A stretch of DNA of 64,000 nt from Eledone cirrhosa (taxonomy: Eukaryota), in the NCBI GenBank assembly GCA_964016885.1, contig OZ024743.1, forward strand, positions 286,254,001-286,318,000, given 5' to 3'. Shown here in pieces: positions 48,200 to 57,800 of the stretch. Below the pieces are notes generated by a model that was not told the origin of the DNA, ran no database searches, and worked only from the letters and a program-made list of their open reading frames with translations. The position numbers were made by a program, and so were the translations under genes. Position 1 is the stretch's first letter; every line of letters begins with the position of its first letter.

Positions 48200-51100
48200 T
48201 TACAGATATATACTCAGAGTCGGCCCATTCACTCGGGCCACTCTTGCTTCTCTCACCCATCTTTCAACAAAATGCTGGGAAGAGAGCACTTCCTTCTCTA
48301 CTCTGATTTTCCTTTTCAAATGAAATTTGAAAAAGTCAATCAGAGCATCACCGAAGAGGTAAGTGCTCGTCTTCAGCCCTTTCAAACGTGTCCACCATAC
48401 TATCTCTTTCGCCATGGCCACCAGACAGATAAAAACTGCCTGCCCTTCCCGGCTAAAGGAGGAGGGCGGGGCAATCCTCACGATAGACTCAGATGATAGC
48501 TGGATCCGTCCTAAACGCGACAGCAGGTGTTCGACATAAACCCACAAGTCAGCAATTTTCGGACACTGGACGAGTGCGTGCAGGACGGTTTCGTCGCCCT
48601 GCGCGCATCTCGGACATGCCCGACTGACGGCACCTCCATGCCTGTAGAGTTTATCCCGAACGGGCAAGGCTCCTCGGTAGCACTGCCAGGCCAGAGATTT
48701 CTGGAAGTTGTCCATAGGCCCTGGCCCGAAAGTTCTTCCGAAGAGATTGGCTAGTTGATTTTCGTCGATGCCTAGAGTTTCCCCAAGTACGTCGTCGCTC
48801 TTCCCCTCCACTAATCCTCTATAGAACGCCGAGGTGGAGTTTCCACCGATCACATTGCCCGATTGGTCGAGGGCTGTGAGCGCCTGAAGACATTCCAGTC
48901 TCCAGGCGCTCCCTCTCGGTCTTCGCTTGACCCAGGACTGCAGCTCCGTCAAGGAAACGAGCTGGGGAAACACGCGTCTAGCAAACGGCGACCACACCTG
49001 ATCACCGTCGAGGAAGAGGTGGAGATGTCGTAGCCTGAGCGCGTGCCTGCGCATCATCAGCCACGGCATGCCCAGCCCTCCACGTAGCGGGTGTTGACAA
49101 CAGATGGACCGCCTGACCATCGGAGCGCGTCCCTTCCACAAAAAGCGAAAGAGCAAACACTCCAGCACAGTCAGGCGAGGCTTAGGACAAGGTACGACGG
49201 TCAGGCGGTAGCAGATGACGGACGCGATGTACGCGTTAGCCACCTCCGCCCGACCTTTCAGGGATAGCTTCCTCTCGGCCCATTTCTGGGTGAGAGAAGC
49301 CACCCTGCTCGTCACCTCGTCCCAGTTTTTGTCCGTCTGGAGGTCCGGACCGAACCAGACCCCTAGCAATTTAACCGGTCCGTCCGTCCAGCGTCCGACG
49401 ACGCTGTTGGACAGCATGGACCTGCCTCTCCAGGTGCCGAGCTGCAGGCCCACTGACTTTTCCTGGTTGATCATTGCTCCTGTCACCGCTTCGTATTCTC
49501 TTAGTGTAGTGCCGATCGCCTCGATGTGTTTGGTGTTCGACACCACTACGGTGACATCGTCCGCATATGCTGATACGGATCTTCCGCATCCTAGTTCGCG
49601 CGGGACCCCCCTCAACGTCTCCAGTTTGTGCAGTAATGGCTCGAGAGTCAATACGTACAAGAGGGACGAGAGGGGACATCCTTGGCGGACCGAGCGCATG
49701 ATGTTGAACGGTTCCGACAGGTGACCGTTCACTCTCACTACAGAGCAGATGTCGCTGTGCATGGCAGCGATCCAGCCTCTGAAGACGGGCCCAAAGCCAG
49801 CCGCCCTCAGGACTGCCGCTAGGTAACGATGGTCGACCCTATCGAAAGCTTTCGACTGATCTAAATTGATCAAGGACCCACCCGTGCCAGGTTCCCTAGC
49901 TACCCTCTCTACGATGTATCGCATGAGGTGGAGGTTGTCGTGGATGGATCTGTCGGGAATGGCGCATGTCTGCGCCTCTCCCACCAGACCACCAACGACA
50001 AGCGCCAACCTCTTTGCTAGCACCTTGGCCAAAATCTTAAACTCTGTGTTTAGCAGAGTTATGGGCCGGAAATTGTCTATGTTATCCCCCTTGTTCGGAT
50101 CCTTTCTCAGCAGTGCCACCGCTCCTCGGCTCACAGAACTGGGAATTCTCCCGTTCTGTTGCCAGTTGCAGTAGACGTCCGCCAAGAGGCCTCCGAACAA
50201 GTCTGGCATCTGTACGTAAAGTTCATAGGGCAGACCATCCAAACCAGGCGATTTACCCCTTGTGCAGCCAGTCATTGCCTCCCGTACTTCAGCGGCTGTT
50301 ATCGGCTTTTCGCAACACTTCGCCTCAGTGGCCGAGAGCCGCGGCAGTCCGTCGAGGTAGACACTAAAGTCCATCCCTCTACCCGGCCCCCCGCTGCCCC
50401 CGAACAGCTGAGCGAAGTGTCGCTGAAAAGCTTCACACATTTGCCCGGGATCGAGTAGCATGCGCCCGTCGTGGTCCACCAAAGACCGGATCGTGGCTTT
50501 GTTGCCACGACGCGCCTCCGCCACTCGGGCCCATTGAACGGCTTTCGTCCCCTCGTGTCTGAGAGCACGCACCCTAGCTCTGACAACGCAGCCTTCGTGC
50601 TTTGCATTGAAGAATTGGTCAAGGGCCAATTTCGCCGCAAGCACGTCGGTCGCAATGCCTTTGCTAAGCGCCTCGTCTAATTTTCTAACTAGTTCTCCCT
50701 CTGCTCTATTTTTCTCTATTGCTAAAGCCTTACTAAACCTAATCGATTCTATTCTAATCGCTCTTTTCAGAGCAAACCACCACTTGTTGTTGACGATGGC
50801 CCCCGTCAACGCCCGCTTAACTAGTTCGCTAATCCGGTCTCTGTAGGCCTTGCGCGCTGGTAAGGACGCGTTTAGCTTCCAGTAGCCGGGTCCTCGTCTA
50901 TGAAGCCTATCTAAGTCAAGCACACAGGTCACGAATTTGTGGTCCGTGTAGCTGACTATCTTGAATTGTGGACAGCCTATGCTAGACCTATCTATTTCCC
51001 TACAAAATACTCTATCTAGATATGATCTGGATGACCCAATGCGGTTTGTCCAAGTCCACATTGGCACATTCGGGAAATCCAATCGGTACCTGTCAGACAG

Positions 51101-51619
51101 TTCAAAACGCCTGAGCAGGTTGGTGAGGCTCTTGCACCCTCCACCCCTATCCGCTAATCCCACACAGTCCCAGCGTGCATCTAAGATCCCGTTCCAGTCG
51201 CCCACTAACACTAAAGAGCGGGACGTTCCAAGAAAGGTCTCCAGACGCCGGAAGAAATCAGGCCACCCTGCTCCTGTCGGGGCATAGACGGCCACTAGCC
51301 TGAAAGCTTGCCCGTCTCCGCTGGTCACGTCCAGCACCACCAGCTTACCCTCTGGGTCCAGCAAGATGGCCCGTATGGCGAGATCCAAACCTCTCCGAAA
51401 AAGCACAGCAACTCCTCCACCCGATCCAGGACGGCTGGGAGATGCGTACACATCGTAGCCGCCGAAGATCGGTGCGAAGGCCCGTGCTTCGGAGATTCTG
51501 GTCTCGCTGATGGCCACTACATCTATGTTTAGTGACCTGAGGTCGTTGAGCAGGTGACCCTGCTTCCATGACGACCCCAAGCCACGCGCATTTATGCTGC
51601 CTATTCTGAGTGAGGTCAT
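48200..51619 (-). CDS. ORF2, 1139 aa APE-RT-CCHC
   Basis: Uninterrupted; GDWN, DH and YADD motifs present. Confidence 0.97.
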   Translation of the reverse strand: MTSLRIGSINARGLGSSWKQGHLLNDLRSLNIDVVAISETRISEARAFAPIFGGYDVYASPSRPGSGGGVAVLFRRGLDLAIRAILLDPEGKLVVLDVTSGDGQAFRLVAVYAPTGAGWPDFFRRLETFLGTSRSLVLVGDWNGILDARWDCVGLADRGGGCKSLTNLLRRFELSDRYRLDFPNVPMWTWTNRIGSSRSYLDRVFCREIDRSSIGCPQFKIVSYTDHKFVTCVLDLDRLHRRGPGYWKLNASLPARKAYRDRISELVKRALTGAIVNNKWWFALKRAIRIESIRFSKALAIEKNRAEGELVRKLDEALSKGIATDVLAAKLALDQFFNAKHEGCVVRARVRALRHEGTKAVQWARVAEARRGNKATIRSLVDHDGRMLLDPGQMCEAFQRHFAQLFGGSGGPGRGMDFSVYLDGLPRLSATEAKCCEKPITAAEVREAMTGCTRGKSPGLDGLPYELYVQMPDLFGGLLADVYCNWQQNGRIPSSVSRGAVALLRKDPNKGDNIDNFRPITLLNTEFKILAKVLAKRLALVVGGLVGEAQTCAIPDRSIHDNLHLMRYIVERVAREPGTGGSLINLDQSKAFDRVDHRYLAAVLRAAGFGPVFRGWIAAMHSDICSVVRVNGHLSEPFNIMRSVRQGCPLSSLLYVLTLEPLLHKLETLRGVPRELGCGRSVSAYADDVTVVVSNTKHIEAIGTTLREYEAVTGAMINQEKSVGLQLGTWRGRSMLSNSVVGRWTDGPVKLLGVWFGPDLQTDKNWDEVTSRVASLTQKWAERKLSLKGRAEVANAYIASVICYRLTVVPCPKPRLTVLECLLFRFLWKGRAPMVRRSICCQHPLRGGLGMPWLMMRRHALRLRHLHLFLDGDQVWSPFARRVFPQLVSLTELQSWVKRRPRGSAWRLECLQALTALDQSGNVIGGNSTSAFYRGLVEGKSDDVLGETLGIDENQLANLFGRTFGPGPMDNFQKSLAWQCYRGALPVRDKLYRHGGAVSRACPRCAQGDETVLHALVQCPKIADLWVYVEHLLSRLGRIQLSSESIVRIAPPSSFSREGQAVFICLVAMAKEIVWWTRLKGLKTSTYLFGDALIDFFKFHLKRKIRVEKEVLSSQHFVERWVREARVARVNGPTLSIYL

Positions 51620-51653
51620 GTTTAAATAGAGTGGAAAAGATGGGAAAGACCAC

Positions 51654-53750
51654 TTACCGTACTTTTGGTAGAGGAGGGATGGTTTTTACATCCCTTTTCA
51701 CTTGATCGTCTGGTGAAGGGACCGTTGAATCGTCCCTTCGGCTGGTCGTCGGCTCTTCTAAGAGAATGTCTGAATATACTCTTCGATTGATGGTTCCTCC
51801 TAGGTCCCTGAAATCACCAACTGCGTTGGGGAATTTCGTTTTAATGTTTGTGTATTGTTTCTGTGCTATTTTTAGCAGTCTTATGTTAGTTGGCGTTTTG
51901 ATTGGTGCTGGTATTATGTAGTCCTGTTGTGAAATGTCTGTGTGTTCAATTATGTAAGTCATTAGTTTCTTGTTGTGTGTGTTTATTGCCGTGCATTTGT
52001 TTTTCTGGGTGTGGGGTGTGGTTCTGCTATTTTCTTGTCGTTGTTGCTGGGTGTGTGTGTTTTGTTGTTGTGTTTGCGATGTTGGTGCTTGTGGTGGTGG
52101 TGTTGAAGGTGTTGTTGGCGGTGGGGTTGTCGCCGGTGGTGATGGTGGTGCTGGTGTGGGTGGTGATGGTGTTGGTGGTGTTGCTGCTGTGGGTCTCTTT
52201 GCAGTAGACTTTACCCTTTTCTCATTTCTTTCCTCCCTTTTCAAAGGCGACGATGCGCTGCTTCTGCGTTTGTGCCTTCTTGCGACCTTTTGCCATCCCT
52301 CTCCCACCTCACACTCCATGTCTGATTCTGTAAGGTCGGGGAGGGGTACCAGCTCCACTCTTTCACTTGTTGTTGTTGGTGATGTTTGCACTGGAGTCTC
52401 TGTTGCAGCTGCATTTGGTATTGCTGTTGTTGTTGTTAATATTTCCACTGCTGCTGCTGTCTTTGATTTCCGTGGAGTGGGTATGGGTGCCACGGACCTA
52501 TCGTTCCTGGTTGCCGCTTGTCCTGTTGCTGGTAGCCGTGGAGCCGGATTCGGAAGGAGGGGGGTTTTCTCCTTTCTCAGGGTCTTCTCGTTGCAGAAGG
52601 CCCTGAGGTGAGTCTTCGATCCACAGCGAAAGCATTTCGGGCGTTTGCCCTCAACACTTATGGGCAGTTGAGTGCCGTTATCGAAGTCTATCACATCCGG
52701 GATAGCTTCGATGCACTCCTGGTTGGTTTGGATTAGCATCTCAATGGAGGAGCCGACCCAATCTTCTCTTACTTTTTTCTGTACTTGCATTACAGTTGTT
52801 TTGTCCTCGATTCCGACGAGGACAGACGCGGCCAGCCAAGAAGGGGTCATTCCGGGGGGGACGTGGGTCAGTTTGACCCTCACAATTTTTTGCCCGCAGT
52901 AGGAGGGCACCAACACCATTTCCTCGCTCCTTAGGGTCACTACTGATTGGGCCTTTGCCTCCTGGGGTGTGGCAAAAAGTACGTCTACGGTGGCGTATTT
53001 TTTGCCTCGGGTGATGTGCGTTTTCCTCTGCCACACAGACCCCAAGGCTTTTTGTATTTGGGCCTCTGTGGCTCTTTCCACCCTACGGGATTTTGTACTT
53101 ACTGTACGGTACGTGACCGTACAGTGCTCTTGGGTTTCGAAAAAATTTTTCGCTGCCTTGCAGATTGCTCGGTGTCCGTTCTTTGTCACCATCTTCTTCG
53201 CTTCCTCTAATTCCTCATTTGTTATGAGGATTGTTTCCAAGTTTTTCGCAATACCTGCAAATGAGATTGGTTTTTCTCTGCTGTTGTTGTTGTCGTCAGA
53301 GCTGCTGGTACTTTTGTTGTTGCTGCAGGTACTACGACTACTGCCTCCGCCGCTGTTGCTGTGGTTGTTGTTGGTGTTGCTGCTGCTAATGCTGTTGTTG
53401 TTTATGCTGCTGGTGATGCTGTTGCGGCTGCTACTGTTGTTTTCATTGTCACTGTTGCAGTTGTTATTACGGCTGCTACTGCTATTATTCCTGACGTCAG
53501 ACGAATGAACTGGGTTTTCGTATTTCCCGCACACCTGTTTCGTCGCTGTCGTCGTCGTCGTGGAGAAACCTTGCACGCTTTGCACGAGACTTTTCTTTTC
53601 TTTCGTCACTTGCGAAAGAGAAGGGAGGGAGAGAGACACATTTAAAGAAGGGAGGGAGAGAGACAATCTTCTCTCTGCTGTAGTGATGATTGAGGAAGAA
53701 GAAGACGGAATGAGTGGGAGTGACGTATGAAATTTCTTTTTCGTAGCCAT
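51654..53750 (-). CDS. ORF1, 698 aa nucleic-acid-binding protein
   Basis: Ser/Asn-rich N-terminus, CX2CX4HX4C knuckle, Pro/Thr-rich linker. Confidence 0.93.
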   Translation of the reverse strand: MATKKKFHTSLPLIPSSSSSIITTAERRLSLSLPSLNVSLSLPSLSQVTKEKKSLVQSVQGFSTTTTTATKQVCGKYENPVHSSDVRNNSSSSRNNNCNSDNENNSSSRNSITSSINNNSISSSNTNNNHSNSGGGSSRSTCSNNKSTSSSDDNNNSREKPISFAGIAKNLETILITNEELEEAKKMVTKNGHRAICKAAKNFFETQEHCTVTYRTVSTKSRRVERATEAQIQKALGSVWQRKTHITRGKKYATVDVLFATPQEAKAQSVVTLRSEEMVLVPSYCGQKIVRVKLTHVPPGMTPSWLAASVLVGIEDKTTVMQVQKKVREDWVGSSIEMLIQTNQECIEAIPDVIDFDNGTQLPISVEGKRPKCFRCGSKTHLRAFCNEKTLRKEKTPLLPNPAPRLPATGQAATRNDRSVAPIPTPRKSKTAAAVEILTTTTAIPNAAATETPVQTSPTTTSERVELVPLPDLTESDMECEVGEGWQKVARRHKRRSSASSPLKREERNEKRVKSTAKRPTAATPPTPSPPTPAPPSPPATTPPPTTPSTPPPQAPTSQTQQQNTHTQQQRQENSRTTPHTQKNKCTAINTHNKKLMTYIIEHTDISQQDYIIPAPIKTPTNIRLLKIAQKQYTNIKTKFPNAVGDFRDLGGTINRRVYSDILLEEPTTSRRDDSTVPSPDDQVKRDVKTIPPLPKVR

Positions 53751-53989
53751 GTTGTTTTTTGTTTAAAATGAAATTTTGGGTACAAAACCCCAATAACTGG
53801 TTATTTAACCCCGAAGGACCAAATAACGGACAGAAAGACCCCTCTCACGAGGAGGAGGGTGTCTTTATCAACAATTTGGTTCAAGTTTTAAACAATTTAC
53901 AATTGTTTTAACGGTTAAAAATTACTATACCTTACAGAGCCGAGCCTCCGTCAACCATGGCATTCAATAATAATAATAATAATAATAAT

Positions 53990-54791
53990 GTTTTCTTTAT
54001 TAACCACAAGGGTTTACATAAAGTAGATATTAAGGACAGTACAGGACAATACAGGACGGTACAAATGGGCATTTCTGCGTGTTAAAAAAAACGGAGGTTG
54101 AAATAAAATAACAAAGAAAAATTCCCCAATAGGGGGGAGACTTCCGAGGGACATTTGTGGAGAAAGCCCATTAAAAGACCACAGTGGCCCTGACCACCAG
54201 GGCAAGTGCCCTCTCCCAGTTTTCCACCTTTAATTTACAGACACATACTCAGAGAAGGCCCATTCATTCGGGCCATACTTGCTTCTCTCACCCATCTTTC
54301 AACAAAATGCTGGGAAGAGAGCACTTCCCTCTCTACCCTGATTTTCCTTTTCAAATGAAATTTGAAAAAATTAATCAGGGCATCACCGAAGAGGTAAGTG
54401 CTCGTCTTCAGCCCTTTCAAACGTGTCCACCATACTATCTCTTTCGCCATGGCCACCAGACAGATAAAAACTGCCTGCCCTTCCCGGCTAAAGGAAGGGG
54501 GCGGGGCAATCCTCACGATGGACTCAGCTGATAGCTGGATCCGTCCTACACGTGACAGCAGGTGTTCGACATAAACCCACAAGTCAGCAATGCTCGGACA
54601 CTGGACGAGTGCGTGCAGGACGGTTTCGTCGCCCTGCGCGCATCTTGGACATGCCCGGCTGACGGCACCTCCATGCCTGTAGAGTTTATCCCGAACTGGC
54701 AAAGCTCCTCGGTAGCACTGCCAGGGATGTCTGTTTTTAATAACAAACCTTTGCGGAGCTCACGATGATACGATTTACTACGTAGGTCGCC
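53990..54791 (-). mobile_element. Internally deleted family F derivative retaining both termini
   Basis: 54739-54791 matches the F 5' end (about 60184-60236); 53990-54725 is the ORF2 end + 3' UTR. Confidence 0.88.
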
Positions 54792-54833
<42 letters not shown>

Positions 54834-54835
<2 letters not shown>

Positions 54836-54889
54836 TTTCTTTATTGGCCACAAGGGCTGACATCAAGAAAAACATCACAGACGGTACAG
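54834..54889 (-). mobile_element. 56-bp 3' tip of family D
   Basis: Matches 23599-23654; followed by one AAT unit. Confidence 0.85.
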
Positions 54890-54892
54890 AAT

Positions 54893-57800
54893 GTTTTCTT
54901 TATTAACCACAAGGGTTTACATAAAGTAGACATTAAGGACATTAAGGACAATACAGGACGGTACAAATGGGCATTTCTGCGTGTAAAAAAAGCAGAGGAT
55001 GTAATAAAAATAACAATGAAAAGTTCCCCAATAGGGGGGAGAGTTCCGAGGGACATTTGTGGAGAAAGCCCATTAAAAGACCACAGTGACCCTGACCACC
55101 AGGGCAAGTGCCCTCTCCCAGTTTTCCACCTTTAATTTACAGACACATACTCAGAGTAGGTCCATTCACTCGGGCCATACTTGCTTCTCTCACCCATCTT
55201 TCAACAAAATGCTGGGAAGAGAGCACTTCCCTCTCTATCCTGATTTTCCTTTTCAAATGAAATTTGAAAAAGTTAATCAGGGCATCACTGAAGAGGTAAG
55301 TGCTCGTCTTCAGCCCTTTCAGGATTTCTGGAAGTTGTCCATAGGCCCCGGCCCGAAAGTCCTTCCGAAGAGATTGGCTAGTTGATTTTCGTCGACGCCT
55401 AGAGTTTCTCCAAGTACGTCGTCGCTCTTTCCCTCCACTAATCCCCTATAGAACGCCAAGGTGGAGTTTCCACTGATCACATTGCCCGATTGACCCAGGA
55501 CTGTAACTCCGTCAAAGAGACGAGTTGGGGAAAGACGTGTCTAGCAAACGGCGACCACACCTGATCACCGTCGAGGAAGACGTGGTGATGTCGTAGCCTG
55601 AGCGCGTGTCTGCGCATCATCAGCCACGGCATTCCCAGCCCTCCACGTAGCGGGTGTTGACAGCAGATGGACCGCCTGACCATCGGAGCACGTCCCTTCC
55701 ACAAAAAGCGAAAGAGTAAACGCTCGTCACCTCGTCCCAGTTTTTGTCCGTCTGGAGGTCCGGACCGAACCAGACCCCTAGCAATTTAACCGGTCCGTCC
55801 GTCCAGCGTCCGACGACGCTGTTGGACGGCATGGACCTGCCTCTCCAGGTGCCGAGCTGCAGGCCCACTGACTTTTCCTGGTTGATCATTGCTTCTGTCA
55901 CCGCTTCGTATTCTCTTAGTGTAGTGCCGATCGCCTCGATGTGTTTGGCGTTCGACACCACTACGGTGACATCGTCCGCATATGCTGACACGGATCTTCC
56001 GCATCCTAGTTCGCGCGGGACCCCCCTCAACGTCTCCAGTCTGTGCAGTAATGGCTCGAGAGTCAATACGTACAAGAGGGACGAGAGGGAACATCCTTGG
56101 CGGACCGAGCGCATGATGTTGAACGGTTCCGACATGTGACCGTTCACTCTCACCACAGAGCAGGTGTCGCTGTTCATGGCAGCGATCCAGCCTCTGAAGA
56201 CGGGTCCAAAGCCAGCCGCCCTCAGGACTTCCGCTAGGTAACGATAGTCGACCCTATCGAAAGCTTTCAACTGATCTAAATTGATCAAGGACCCACCCGT
56301 GCCAGGTTCCCTAGCTACCCTCTCTACGATGTATCGCATAAGGTGGAGGTTGTCGTGAATGGATCTGTCGAGAATGGCGCATGTCTGCGCCTCTCCCACC
56401 AGACCACCAACGACAAGCGCCAACCTCTTTGCTAGCACCTTGGCCAAAATCTTGAACTCTGTGTTTAGCAGAGTTATGGCCCTGAAATTATCTATGTTAT
56501 CCCCCTTGTTCGGATCCTTTCTCAGCAGCACCACAGCTCCTCGGCTCACAGAGCTGGGAATTCTCCCGTTCTGTTGCCAGTTGCAGTAGACGTCCGCCAA
56601 GAGGCCTCCGAACAAGTCTGGCATCTGTACGTAAAGTTCATAGGGCAGACCATCCAAATCAGGCGATTTACCCCTTGTGCAGCCAGTCATTGCCTCCAGT
56701 ACTTCAGCGGCTGTTATCGGCTTTTCGCAACACTCCGCCTCAGTGGCTGAGAGCCGCGGCAGTCCGTCGAGGTAGACACTAAAGTCCATCCCCCGATCCG
56801 GCCCGCCGCTGCCCCCGAACAGCTGTGCGAAGTGTCGCTGAAAAGCTTCACACATTTGCCCGGGATCGAGTAGCATGCGCCCGTCGTGGTCCACCAAAGA
56901 CCGTATCGTGGCTTTGATGGCACAACGCGCCTCCGCCACTCGGGCCTATTGAACGGTTTTCGTCCCCTCGTGTCTGAGAGCACGCACCCTAGCTCTGACA
57001 ACGCAGCCTTCGTGCTTTGCATTGAAGAATTGGTCAAGGGCCAATTTCGCCGCAAGCACGTCGGTCGCGATGCCTTTGCTAAGCGCCTCGTCTAATTTTC
57101 TAACTAATTCTCCCTCTGCTCTATTTTTCTCTATTGCTAAAGCCTTACTAAACCTAATGGACTCTATTCTAATTGGTCTTTTCAGAGCAAACCACCACTT
57201 GTTGTTGACGATGGCCCCCGTCAACGCCCGCTTAACTAGTTCGCTAATCCGGTCTCTGTAGGCCTTGCATGCTGCTAAGGACGCGTTTAGCTTCCAGTAG
57301 CCGGGTCCCCGTCTATGAAGCCTATCTAAGTCAAGCACACAGATCACGAATTTGTGGTCCGTGTAGCTGACTATCTTGAATTGTGGACAGCCTATGCTAG
57401 ACCTATCTATTTCCCTACAAAATACTCTATCTAGATATGATCTGGATGACCCTATGCGATTTGTCCAAGTCCACATTGGCACATTCGGAAAATCCAATCG
57501 GTACCTGTCAGACAGTTCAAAACGCCTGAGCAGGTTGGTGAGACTCTTGCACCCTCCTCCCCTATCCACTAATCCCACACAGTCCCAGCGTGCATCTAAG
57601 ACCCTGTTCCAGTCGCCCACTAACACTAAAGAGCGGGACGTTCCAAGAAAGGACTCCAGACGCCGGAAGAAATCAGGCCGCCCTGCTCCTGTCGGGGCAT
57701 AGACGGCCACTAACCTGAAAGCTTGCCCGTCTCCGCTGGTCACGTCCAGCACCACCAACTTACCTTCTGGGTCCAGGAAGATGACCTGTATGGCAAGATC

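Larger units (their letters stand above)
47939..53965 (-). mobile_element. Tx1 family A copy 4, full length, both ORFs intact
   Basis: Termini abut (AAT)n at 47882-47938 and 53966-53989. Confidence 0.97.

Noticed and set aside
53138-53152. A AAT TTT slippery-like heptamer in ORF1
   Set aside because: Not conserved in copy 3 or other families; no downstream structure identified; homopolymer lengths vary between copies
1-53965. Family A copies as assembly duplicates or a segmental duplication
   Set aside because: Each has private substitutions or indels and different neighbours, consistent with independent insertions
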